Of a DNA stretch of 64,000 nucleotides, positions 34,961 to 46,942 are shown in pieces. The DNA comes from Novakomyces olei (taxonomy: Eukaryota), in the NCBI GenBank assembly GCA_016906335.1, contig JADEYG010000009.1, positions 1,426,001-1,490,000 on the forward strand. The letters run 5' to 3'. The position numbers and the translations under genes were made by a program. Below the pieces are notes generated by a model. That model saw nothing but the letters and a program-made list of their open reading frames with translations, did no database searches and was not told the DNA's origin. The stretch's first letter is position 1. The number at the start of each line of letters is the position of its first letter.

Positions 34961-37084
34961 TCAGTAATCCAGGTCAGGGGTATCGCTTGGTGCCGCATCA
35001 AGATCGCGGTACATGCGTGACCGTGGACGATCAAAGTTTCTTGAGCTACGGTTATCCCGGAATCCACCACTTGTCCGAGGTTTATGAGACGAATTATAAT
35101 TTGCTGGCCAACCACCATTAAACCCGTTTCCATTGTCTTGAGGGATAGTGACAGCGTTTCCCGTATAGTCAAGTATACGAAATTCAGAGGGCAAAATGTG
35201 TCCCGGATCCCGTAGATAATTTTGCAGTAATTTGGCCTCATAGTTAGTTTAAAAATAATAAATAAGTTGATAATTATTTAAATAAATAATTAATTAATTA
35301 ACTAATTAATTAAAAGTTAAACTGTTTTCAGCATACCCATTCTTCTGTATCAGCCACGAAATCTGCATGCTTTTTCCTGATATGCTTATCCACAAACTCG
35401 CGGCCCATGAAAAGCTTTGCACAATCTGTTACTTTACAACGATACTTTCCTTCGTCTTCAAAAGCAATATGTTTTGCAATGACATCATTAACAAAAGTTT
35501 CCACTGGCGTATAGCCTTGTACACTTAAATCAACACTTTCAGGCTCTAACAACAGCCGTGATCTCTCCAAGTAATCTTCGAAATCTGCTAATTGTATTGC
35601 CGCCAATTTCGCGTCATTGCCAGAAGCATCTGAGCCATCAAAATCAATCCACTGTGCAGGATCGCGTCGCCATACACAATCTGGTGGGTTCGATGAATGA
35701 TGATACGCTAGTCGGAGCACATCAAATCGCAATACGCGCCAGAGATAAAGAGCAATTTGGTCAATCGCCCAAGTTACAAGATCTTGCTTATTTACGGAAG
35801 CCTTTGAATCATTTTCAGTGCCAGTGCCATTCTCACCAGATTCTTGTTGCGCTAAATCCGAGCCTTGTAATGCTTCCTGACTGCCTTCTAGTAGACTGTT
35901 TGCCTTGACCTTTTCACGCTCAGTAATTAAATCCACTCCAACGCTATTTCCTTCAGTAGCATTCTCACCCCGGATTCCGTGCACCGTCTCGAGGAAACGA
36001 GCAATTTTTACCAGATTTTCTAGCAAAATTTCCTGGTTTTTAGAGAGCATAAAGTACCGAGGCATTTTCTGCATTGAGCCTTGCTTTCGCAGCAATGTTC
36101 CATCGGGATCAATGTTCCGCTCCAAAAACGGGATATCAGCAAATGCTCCCATATGCTCAATCCCATCGGAGAAGTATTCCTTGTCTTTTGCTATATCGAG
36201 ACTGGTCCCGTCCAAACTGCCTTCTGCCAGCTCCTTTGCCCAGTCGGCATAGTTTTCAGCAACCATGGGTTTTCTGGACTCAAGCAGCTTTTGCCTTCCG
36301 CCTTCATCATATCGGTCCGTGAACCATTGACGTTTTGCGTTTCGACGTACGTACTCGGGAGCAAATTTCTTCATCATTTCTTTCTCGTAGAGAACGTATC
36401 CCCTTCGCTGACTCAAAGCATTTGCAAATTCTGATTGTTGCACCGGAGATTCTTCAGTCCTGTTTTCGTCTGTCCATCGGCAGAAATAATCAAACGTGGC
36501 AATCATATTCAGCGTATGAGGATCGACCAAATCTGACCTACGACTACATGTTAGACTGCGCTTCGATATATTTGTCCTTTTTCAACTTTTGCCAATTCCA
36601 TCTGATTTATTTCATGCTTTTTTGGTTTTAATTGTTTTGGCCATTTAGATGTACTTAATGATTATTTGTTTTTTTATCTCTCTTTTGATTTTGATTCTCT
36701 TTTGCGTTCAAATTGCCTGATTTTCCAATCTCTTTTTTAATCATGTTCAAAGCTTCTTTAAACGATAAAACTTACCTTTTCCGCTTCTCAGCCGAAGTTT
36801 GCACATCATTTTCGAGAGTGCTGACTGAAATACCCCTTTTCTCATTCGCGTCTTGTACTCTTGGGGCCTTTTGTTCATTGCCGTCGCTATCAGACCGCTT
36901 TCTTTTGGCATCTAAACGAACAGTCAGCCGAAGGGGGTTCTCTCGGTACAAAATCCAAATAGTAAAAAAAAGAATAGAATGTAAAATATATGGAAACCAT
37001 AAAGAACTCACTTTCAGGCTGGTCAATGTCTCCACCAGTTAAAGGCGCCGATCCATCGACCTTCGGCTCATCAACATCAACCAT
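34961..37084 (-). CDS. Serrate/Ars2 (Pir2-like) cap-binding-complex adaptor
   Basis: WFTDRY, LYLWRV, C2H2 finger EDEGKYRC...CAKLFMGREFVDKHIRKKH, NYLRDP and terminal YRDLDA..DLDY; 4 exons. Confidence 0.85.
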
Positions 37085-37462
37085 CTTTGAATCGGGTCCA
37101 AGTTTATTTGCCTGTGACCCACATCGATCTATGCATAATTTACTTGTGCAGACGTCTACTAGTCCATTTTTAATATTATTATTGGTGCATCATATTCACA
37201 TAGCTCTTTATTATATATCAACAATAATGAAAATGTGAAAAAATAAATAGATAGATAGATAAATAAATAAATAAATAAATAAAAATATATGTTCATCTGT
37301 CTATCTGTTTAATTTTAGTACGCAAGTCTTGAAAAGCTCTCTACATTCATAATCTGGGCTTTCTAGCACAACACTCGTTTATTCACATGACTACAAGCAT
37401 AGTATGAACCTAAAATGAACAAAAAAAATGCAAAAGCTAAAAAAAAAATAAGGCAAATGATC

Positions 37463-39703
37463 TCAAAAGTCAATGTACTGACGAAAATAATTCACATCTG
37501 CTCCTGAAACAGCTTTATCCGCCAAATCTGGTCGGTCCATACCAACTAGCAATACGCGTCGAAGGGTGGACCATAAGTTGTTGCTGATGTTTACACTGGA
37601 AGAAGCCGACTCATCCAACTGATGCATAGCAAGAGCTCCCAGTAAATGCTGAGCCGCCTGCTCATAACAGCCAATGTTTATGCAGGATACACCCAAATTA
37701 TATCGGGCACGGACAAACGTCGGCTTTATTGCGAGCGCTTCATTATAAGCATTTATGGCTTCTTCGCTCTTTCCCGAGTTTGCCAGTGTCGCCCCCATTC
37801 TGTTCCATAAAAGATGGTCCTGAAAATTAGTATCGTGAAGTGTGCAATATTATTTCATATTTATATGTTTTTCTTTTTAAATCTTTTTAAAAGTTTTTAG
37901 AGTTTTTTTTTTCATCATTTTTAATATTAAATCGTTTACAATAAAACTCACGTCAGGTCGCACTCGGAGAGCGGCGGTAAAGCAGTCGACTGCTTTGCTA
38001 TAATCTTCTGATGAGTAAAACAAAACTCCCAATCCCACTTGAACATCAGCGTCCATGGCACTGCCCTGAGGACTTCGACGTGCAGCGGCCAGGAATCCGT
38101 CGATTACACGATTCCTCATCTCTGTTGCCGGCAGCATCGCTGCTTGCTCAGAGTTTAAAGTAGAAGGATGGGGTAAAAGGCCCGGGTACTTTGATCGGAT
38201 CCATCGCTCAAGAGTAGCATAAGAAGCTGTATCATAGCCCTCATTCGTATAACTCACAGCTAAAGCCATCATTGCTTGTAAATCGTTCTCCCCAAGAGAA
38301 ACTGCCTTTTCTAAAGCTCTAATAGCCGGTTCTTCCTTCTCATTGCTGGCCTGTGCAATTCCCAATTGCGTCCAGGCTTCCTGCCGAGTCCCATCGCTTT
38401 GCTGAACAGCTGCTTCAAAGGCCAAAGCTGCTTGGGAGAGACTCCCACCTTGATCCATGATCCTCATACCCTCAGTGTAAGGGTCAACGTGGGACAAAAA
38501 CGGGTTTACTGATTCAAATGTGTAATCGCCCAAATCTGGCCGGACCCGACTGTGTGAATCATCCAGTTCTTCGAATCCATTAAACTCTTTTCGCCATTCA
38601 TCGGCCATTTCATTTAATCGCTCCTGACCGTGTCCCTGTGCTATTGCCTCCTCTTCGATTCCCCGCCAGATGGATTCGAAATCGCCAAGGTTTTGTTGGC
38701 CTGTTGCATCTGTTTCTTTCGTCTCTGCTTCCGCATTTGTCTCGTTACCCTTGAAAGTTTCAGATTGCTGTGCGTCTGAGGCCTTCTTTTCTTCTGAATC
38801 TTGTTGCTCAATCTGCCGAAATTGCTCTTCCCAGGTTTCATCTGACAATTCAATAACTTTGCTTTTGCCTTTAGGTGATTGTACACCAAGAGGGGCATTG
38901 TTAAAGGATCTCATTGGCCCCATCATGCCGGTATACATGCCGTACTGCCTCATCATCTGCGGATGCTGCTGCATTTGTGGCTCTGGCTCTGGCGTTTGTG
39001 AGAATTCTTGACGCCATGGAGACGAAGAAGATTCAAGCGCGAGTCCCCGGAACTCGTTTATCAAGGGCGTAGCCGCTTGGAAGGGCGTCGGTGCCTGTGA
39101 CCTGGACGCTCCAAAATCGGCAGTCCAGCCTATAGAGAGTTAGTTGCCGCCGATTAGAAGCAAAAGGTAAAAATATCAAATTACAAACAGTTTTAATGTG
39201 GATAAAGCGTATCCAGTAGAAACGTGAACCAAACGTGAACCAAACGTGAGACAAACAGAGACGTAAACCAAGTAGAAAAACAAAAGACCAAACTCGATGC
39301 AAAAACATCTGCTCTTTATTTAATCTTTAAATTTTATTTAATCTTTAAATCAAATCAGAATCATAAATTAATACCATTCGGCCCTCTTGGCTCTGAGACT
39401 TGAGGTCGGCGGTAGACTTCATTAATTGGAGACGGTTGCGTAAACTCTTCAAACCCCTATTTTGTTAAAAAATTAAATTCATAAAGTTTGGCACAGTAAC
39501 GTTTCGTATGCGCGTGACCCTACCTGCGGTCCTTGCAGCGAAGGATCTCGAAACTGTTGCCTCGGCGCTGCGCCAGCAGAGTTGGCGGGGTTAACGAGCC
39601 GATCTCGTTGCAACGAGCGATCAGAGTCGACGTGCTTTTGAAACCGGTTCAGAGGGTTTGACACTGAGCCGCAGTCGCCTCCGCCTGAAAGCAAACCGGA
39701 CAT
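37463..39703 (-). CDS. PEX5: Peroxisomal PTS1 receptor Pex5
   Basis: N-terminal conserved Cys (GDCGSVSNPL), several WxxxF motifs and TPR repeats (LAVSYTNEG, LWNRMGATLANS, VRARYNLGVSCINIG); 4 exons. Confidence 0.96.
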
Positions 39704-40306
39704 TTTGATCTCTATTCTCGCATGTGCACCAAGTTGTGGGGAGAATAGACGTGGATATCGACAATTATTAGACTCCAATATTGGCAGATGCGTACTTGTT
39801 CTAATAAATATCGTATACTACAATAGACATAGTAATAAAAGTTCTGTACATTAAAGTACTGTATGCACGTACTTTTTGTACTGTATATTTTAGTTGGAGA
39901 AATCTGGGTTAAAACAGCTTTATAATTTGGGCTTAATTTGGGTTAAATTCGGGTTAAATTTGGGTTTGGAAGGAGTTGTATAGGAACCTCCATTAGCCGT
40001 CTGTCGAAAATACTCGTTTCTCCAAGCTGGATTGCCATTGCACAACAGTATACTTGTATCTGCCATTTGCTCAAAACCTCGATAGTTCCAAGGCGGACAA
40101 AAAAGATTTATTTAGATCTTGCGGTGCAGCTATTTAGATCGTATCCAGACTCTCGAGAGGCTTTCGTTAGACGGAGACCCGAATTACAAATTTCCATTAT
40201 ATTGCACTATGAGAGAGGCCATTGAGTGAGTAGTGAGCACCACATTCTAAATACATTGTATCATTAAACCAAATTTCCGAGACTTGTTTATGCATATTCA
40301 ATTCTA

Positions 40307-40921
40307 CTAGATTTCAGAGCCAAGCACACCTGCCAGCGGCGATAACTGCTCTTGAAGGTACTTTCGAAACTCGCTTCCCTGTCTTTATTAGCATCAGCAT
40401 TAAACCGCAGTCAGAGCATAAGCAAAAAGATTCAAAACTAATCTGGAGCATAAACTCACCGTAGACTCGACAAGCGATTGATCAGTCGAATTGTCTCCAA
40501 TAACAGCTAAATACAGATCTGCTGCTGTCGCAGGAGCAGTGTCCGTAGCAAGGTGAATCCGAGAAACATACAGGGTTCCCAAGGTAAAATCGATCTTTAG
40601 CCATTCAAGCTCATCTGCCGAACCGGTCCCTCCGCCTCCTGGCCGAAGAGAATCTAAGGCTCCTACACTCCCTACGGCACCATAATTCGAAAACAACAAG
40701 GAGCATAGTCCGGCTATTTGCTTCGACATGCGCCCTTGATGGATTTGTCGCTCTGTACTGGCATTGTCCAGATTTAAACTCGCGTGGTCTTCGCCATTTG
40801 AGTTCTCTGCTGGCAAATAAGGCTTGTGGCTACAAGCCAGCACCGCGCCTGATGATGTGAAAAGCACTGTCGGCAATTCAGACTGATCCAACACGGTCTC
40901 GAGGGCCTTGGCCCGGAGCAT
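40307..40921 (-). CDS. Roadblock-fold Ragulator subunit, LAMTOR2-like
   Basis: MLRAKALETVLDQS..TVLFTSSGAVLA matches the LAMTOR2 N-terminal pattern, then IAGLCSLLFSNY; the second exon ends KYLQEQLSPLAGVLGSEI*. Confidence 0.7.
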
Positions 40922-41606
40922 TACAGCATGAAGGATTCGTTCGGTACCGAGTTTATAGGCAATTAATTGCTGTATGAGTAGTAGTTTAAACCAGGCTTAA
41001 ACCCAAATTTGGGTTTAATATGAGAGCTGTGGCTTCGAGCTGATTTATCGCGAATATTTTACACAGCGAATTTATAATTATGCATTCTAACGTATTTAAT
41101 AATATAAAATGCTCGCAGCCATGGCTGGGCAAAATGTTAAATGTGTCTCGAAAACCCAACAAAATTTCAACGAAGAATCGCCTCTGCAAACCAAACTCTA
41201 AACGAGCAATGCAAAATCTGGGCTTGAAAACAAGCTGGAACCTCGTGCACAAGACGAACATTTGATTTTCCATAGTTTATTTTTAATTAATTTCTTATGA
41301 TATTGGTCACATAATACATATAAATACACGCACTAATGTGTAATTTAATGCACAATTGTAGCGTAATTTCACGCTGCTAGATGTTAAGTTGCAGTGGTGA
41401 ATGGGCGATAATTTGATGTCTAATAAGGACTACAGGATTCTTGTATGAAAAAAGCAAGTGAATAGTTGCGACAATAAAATACATGCAAATGCTAAAGGGC
41501 ACAAAAGTGCCGTTTGTATACATCAATGAGCATCTTAACCGATTTGTAGCTCAAGATATATTGGATGGATTGTTTTATATATCATGAACCATTGAATCAT
41601 ATCGAA

Positions 41607-42691
41607 TTACGATTTCTCTAACTGAGCACGACCCTCACGAGCCAGAGCAAAAAGCTCGTTGAATCTGTCAGGGATACTTGGAGCATGGAAGCAGGCAGTC
41701 CCAGCCACAAGAACGTTGGCCCCATTGGCCGCCGCTATACTCACTGTCTTGAGACCGACTCCACCGTCAACTTCAACATGAAGACCGGGACTGCGTCGGC
41801 GCAGTTCTCGTACTTTAGGCATCATATCTGCACGAAAAGATTGCCCACCGAATCCTGTATTATTTAGATTAGACTGAAACCGAATGATTTTTAGTATTAA
41901 AAAGGGTGGTTGAGTATAATAGAATATTATAATAGAATATTATTATAATAGAATATTATAATGAAAATAAAAAGCAATATATATACCCGGCTCGACGGTC
42001 ATGACGAGAGCCATATCGATCTTGTCGAGCAGAGGAAATAAAACTTCCACTGGCGTGTTTGGTTTGATCGCTACTGCCACCTTCATTCCGTGGGCTCTGA
42101 TATCGTCAATTAAAGCGTTCACATCCTCTGTTCATTAGAAAGCTGCCTTTTACAATTATTTGTATTTTCATATCTCTTCAGATATACTCGATCTCCTTAT
42201 CTTTTTATCATTATTTCCTTTACCGCTGTTCAGGAGCTGAGCAGCTTCCTGAGCAGCGGTTCTTGCTCTTTAAAATATTGACTCTTGCTTTTTACTTTAT
42301 CATTTGAATTCTCAATCTAAAGCCATACTTGCCGCCTCGTAATGAAAATTGTACAGACTTCCGCCTGCCGCCGCTATCGGCTCGACCCATCGCTCGGGTT
42401 CCGAAACCATCATGTGGCAATCAATAAACACTTTATCTTTGGGAAAAGACTGCCTCAAAGATTCGAGCAGCGGCATTCCAAACGAGATGTTTGGGACAAA
42501 GTGGCCTGTTCGTGTCAATACCAGTGATTAGTCATTATTGGAAATGGCGAGTCGCTCTTACCGTCCATTACATCAAAATGTAGCCATTGTGTGTGAGGCA
42601 GGCATTTTGCACATTCATCTGCTAAATGACCCAAGTCGGCGGCAAGAATTGACGGGTTTATTATGATCTCTGGTTCCTGCTGTGTCGTCAT
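41607..42691 (-). CDS. RPE1: Ribulose-phosphate 3-epimerase
   Basis: PSILAADLG, HFDVMDGHFVPNISFG, DCHMMVSEP, VMTVEPGFGGQ and EVDGG; 4 exons. Confidence 0.96.
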
Positions 42692-43039
42692 TGTGTGGTC
42701 TTATTCCCGAGTCAATCAATATAGTATATATTATTCATTTATCTGTAAAACAAGTACTACACTGTACGATAACTGCGCCGTGAAAAGAGCATTTTAATTA
42801 GTGTCTCTTGAATCGAGCGGAAATCTAACAGCTGTGAAGGTGGGTTACCATCTTGAAGCATAACTCAAAATTACTCAAGTCTCTGTACAGTTCACCTTCC
42901 CTTCAATGCTATTGTATATGTTTCTTTTGTAATAATTAGCTTAGCTTGAAATAAACATTAAAACACCATTTATTCAAACAATGTTAGCTCGGACGCAAAT
43001 TTGTATGTATTAAATTTTTATATATTAAAAACGTAGATA

Positions 43040-43097
43040 TTAAATTTGTAGGTATAAATTTGTAGGTATAAATTTGTAGGTATATGTTTGTAGGTAT
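43040..43097. repeat. 14-bp tandem repeat (TAAATTTGTAGGTA)
   Basis: About 4 copies in the RPE1/PSO2 divergent spacer. Confidence 0.85.
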
Positions 43098-43184
43098 CAA
43101 ATATATTGTACAAGCAGAACACAGTATATAGTAGGAATAATCGCTACGCAATCCTAATATTACCAGGGCCTATGGCTTCCTTTG

Positions 43185-45590
43185 ATGGCCAAAAAACGAA
43201 GCCCTTTACCCTCGCTTGGACGGCCGGCAAAACGGGCCGCGGGAGCGGATAACGGAGCAACTCCGGCACTGCGCCAGACTAACATCGATTTTTTCGCGTG
43301 CCGTAGTCGCGTTAAAACGGAGGATAAACCAGCCAGTCGGCCGCCACTATTTGGATCAGACGAAGACGCGTCCGTTCCTGACCTGCAAGATCAAGCCGAC
43401 CAGTATGATCTGGTATCGAGCTCTCCTCCCGCTGTAAACATCTCTCCTCGGGCAGTGGCAAATTCGTCTTCAACCCTATCAGTGCCGAGTCTGGAACATA
43501 CTTTTGCCGAACCGTTTCTCGAAATTGAAGACGACAAGGATGCTGTCTCGGATGCTGGACGCGCCGATTTTGGCCAAGAATTTAGAGCCAATAACGGTGT
43601 TGAGCTCAAGGTTTATGAGGAGACCAGAAATTCTGGTCTTGGCGAGTATGGCGGCAAGAATGAAGGCAATCCTGATCCTCAAGAGTCGGAGGAAGCTGAT
43701 GGCAATGCCGAAGGGCCGATTGATATCTCTTCACAGGACGCTTATGTCAAATGCCCCATGTGCGCTTGTTTGATTAGCCATTTGTCTCTATCTGATCAAA
43801 ACGCACATGTAAACGATTGCCTTGACCGTGACTTTTTATCCAGCAGCGGCCGGCAAGATTTGGATAGGCAGTCACGAGCAGTCCCGGATACTTTGCTAAA
43901 ACTGAGCGAACGAGCTGAGACTGTTGGCAATGAGGGGGAGAAGGATGATATCGTGCCACAGGAGATCAGCGTGCCTGTTGAAGCAATTAAAGAGGATGAC
44001 GTTGTACCAGACTCGCCGGAACAGAGTAACCAGGTCGTAGAAGACGACGTGGAGGGTGTGCAAATTGCCACTGCGGAGGAAGAACTTGATCACGACAGCT
44101 GCGAAGAAGCTGAGGATGCCGATTTTGTCGTGAATGGTGTAGGAAACGCCCAAAGTCCATGCCGGAATGATATTACGGGGCAGATTAGTAGCGGTGAAGC
44201 GTCTTCCTTTTCCATATTCTCCAAACTGATGAAGGGCAATGAAGAGGAGATGCGCTGGGCAGCTGCTGCTCGACAGCAACTTGAGCAACGGGGTAAGCAA
44301 GCTTACCAGCGAACATGTCCCTTCTACAAAATAATGCCCTTTCCGTTACGATTCACCGTGGATGCCTTCAAGTATGGCAAAGTAGCCGATTGTTCAGCTT
44401 ACTTTTTGAGCCATTTTCATTCTGATCATTATGGAGGTCTACGTGCAAACTGGACGCATGGGCCCATATACTGCTCTCGTGTTACGGGTAATTTAGTTGT
44501 ACAACAGCTGCGGGTAAAGGAGGAATATGTACGCAAATTAGATTTTAATGTACCATATGAAATTGACGGGGCCCGTGTGACTTTGATCGAAGCAAATCAT
44601 TGTCCTGGAAGTGCATTGTTCCTGTTTGAAGCAATGTGCAAGGGACGAGACTTTCGTGTTTTACACTGTGGAGATTTTAGAGCGTGTCCTGCTCAGATAA
44701 AGCATCCAGCTATTCACAATAAACGCGTTGATGTAGCGTACCTTGATACTACTTATCTGAATCCAAAATATGCCTTTCCTCACCAAGATCAAGTGGTGAC
44801 TGCGTGTAGGGAGATTGTTGCCCGAGTGTCTGGCCACAAGGATCATTGTCTTGCTCCCGTCTGTGAAGAAGGAAGGGCCAATGTTTTAAAGAGACTTTTT
44901 CTCAAGACGGATGGAGACAAGCCGTCAGAGAAACAGATGCAAAACAAACCTAACAACGGCAGAAAACACGCAGATAGATTACTGGTTGTGGTGGGCACGT
45001 ATAGTATCGGGAAAGAAAAAATTGCAGTTGCTTGTGCTGAAGCACTAGGCAGTAAAATATTTGCGAGTGCTTCCCGCCGCCGAATAGTCGAATGCTTTGA
45101 GGACGAGGCCCTGCAATTACTGCTGACAACAGACCCGAGCGAGGCTCAAGTTCATATGACTCCTCTGCAAGAAATTCGGTCGGAAACTTTGCAGGAGTAC
45201 TTGGAAACTCAGCGTCCTCATTTTGATCGGGTGGTTGGCTTCCGTGGAACAGGCTGGAACTATTCCCCTCCTCGATCTCGTTTTGTTGACTCTCCTTCTG
45301 TTGAAGCTATTGTTAACTGCTGGCAGGTGGATTACTCTGCTCAAGATGTTCGGATAATGCGAGGTTCAAATCATACAGCCGCCTGTTACGCTGTGCCTTA
45401 TTCCGAACACTCGTCCTTTCGCGATTTGGCCTGTTTTTGTCTAACGCTTGACTGCCCAAAATTTGTTCCCACTGTCAACGTTGGGTCGGCAAAGTCGCGA
45501 ACGCTCATGAAAAATTGGATTCAAAAATTTATCGAGGCCCGCAAAAGTATAAAAGTGCAGAATTTTGACTTGGAAGAGTCCAATTTTTGA
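43185..45590 (+). CDS. PSO2: Interstrand crosslink repair nuclease Pso2/SNM1A
   Basis: UBZ-type CPMC..HVNDC, MBL motif HFHSDHYGGL, ANHCPG, HCGDFR, YLDTTY and beta-CASP VPYSEHSS. Confidence 0.95.
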   Translation: MAKKRSPLPSLGRPAKRAAGADNGATPALRQTNIDFFACRSRVKTEDKPASRPPLFGSDEDASVPDLQDQADQYDLVSSSPPAVNISPRAVANSSSTLSVPSLEHTFAEPFLEIEDDKDAVSDAGRADFGQEFRANNGVELKVYEETRNSGLGEYGGKNEGNPDPQESEEADGNAEGPIDISSQDAYVKCPMCACLISHLSLSDQNAHVNDCLDRDFLSSSGRQDLDRQSRAVPDTLLKLSERAETVGNEGEKDDIVPQEISVPVEAIKEDDVVPDSPEQSNQVVEDDVEGVQIATAEEELDHDSCEEAEDADFVVNGVGNAQSPCRNDITGQISSGEASSFSIFSKLMKGNEEEMRWAAAARQQLEQRGKQAYQRTCPFYKIMPFPLRFTVDAFKYGKVADCSAYFLSHFHSDHYGGLRANWTHGPIYCSRVTGNLVVQQLRVKEEYVRKLDFNVPYEIDGARVTLIEANHCPGSALFLFEAMCKGRDFRVLHCGDFRACPAQIKHPAIHNKRVDVAYLDTTYLNPKYAFPHQDQVVTACREIVARVSGHKDHCLAPVCEEGRANVLKRLFLKTDGDKPSEKQMQNKPNNGRKHADRLLVVVGTYSIGKEKIAVACAEALGSKIFASASRRRIVECFEDEALQLLLTTDPSEAQVHMTPLQEIRSETLQEYLETQRPHFDRVVGFRGTGWNYSPPRSRFVDSPSVEAIVNCWQVDYSAQDVRIMRGSNHTAACYAVPYSEHSSFRDLACFCLTLDCPKFVPTVNVGSAKSRTLMKNWIQKFIEARKSIKVQNFDLEESNF

Positions 45591-45846
45591 AAGACATTTG
45601 ACCAATCGTTTTTGGCTCTTTCTGTTCCTTTTGGTTTTTTTTCTTGTTGCGTTTCATATCGGTCACTTGATCGTGGGGTTTGGGTGCATTCTCGTGTATG
45701 TATAAAGCATTGTTAATAGCATACTATTACACTTTTCCAACACTGTCCCCATCGCTCCTCACTCGGCCAATCATATGTAGCTCCTATTACAAATAGTGAA
45801 TGGTGGGTAGAGACTCGTATGGTCATTTGTCAGTAGACTAACCAAA

Positions 45847-46634
45847 TTAATACTTTGTCCGTTTTGAAGGCGTAGCTGTCCGTGAATCACGCTGCCTCCG
45901 TTTCTGAGGATTAGCAACACTACTTAAATACGAGTGAATTTATTGTTTTCAAAAACGAAAAAACAGTTATAGAAACCAATTCTTACCTTTCTTGCACCAG
46001 CGTCACTTAAAGCTGGAGAACCAGAATCTCTGGGCACGGAAGCCTGTGCTACTCCATCTTGATCCTGCGCATCGTATGTCAACGGACGTGCCTCCAGATC
46101 AAACACAGATCCATCAAACTTGGGTTTAGTAAATTGAAAAAACAAAATTAAATCAAATAATTGAAATAAGTTTAGAATGAAAATAACCCAATTAAATAAA
46201 AAGAAATAAATGATAAACATTAATTATTGATAAATTCATTCTCAAACTTACGTCTGGCAACGGGCCAAAGTGAACATCAAAAGCTGTACTTGCCAAATCC
46301 TCTGGTAGAGCTGGTACATGTTGAAGAGGAGCAGTGTCGTAAGGCTGAAACACAAGCCGCTGCAGAAAATCGTCCTTAACAATCTTATTTTTGCCTTTTG
46401 CCAGCAGTGATTAGTTACCACAAAAGAAAGCTTCCGCTTACCAGGAAGTCCTTCGATCTGCTTTTGGTATGACTTTCGCATTTTACGTTTTTGTCCTGAC
46501 TCATCGAAACGCGCTACGCGTCTCGCAAGATCAGATAAGTTATACGCCTCTGTGAGATTCGAACGCGCTTGATCTGTACCAGGATCTGTATGCAGATCCT
46601 CACATAAATATAGACTCGGAGCAGTCTCCGTCAT
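45847..46634 (-). CDS. MED19: Mediator subunit Med19/Rox3
   Basis: LYLC...NLTEAYNLSDLARRVARFD..GQKRKMRKSYQKQI..LPGKNKI; 4 exons inferred. Confidence 0.85.
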
Positions 46635-46942
46635 AATGCCGTTAGCTGCGAGCAGTTAACGGAGGCCAATATTACTATTACTATTATTATTATTTATAAA
46701 ATGAAGTGAGCCTATCATTATCAGTATTGAAGTTGTATAATCATACTTGCGTTAATATGACATGTGTAGTTTTGCAAGTTTTACAATATATTATAATATA
46801 TGTCTTATCTGTATGAGTATACACTGATATATTGACAAAGCATGTAGGTTCCTGTGTGTGTCTATTGAAAACTTTGTCGCATATAAAAAAAAATCTAATT
46901 TTCTTTTTGCTGTAAAAATTCTTTTTTTTGGCGGCATTTACA

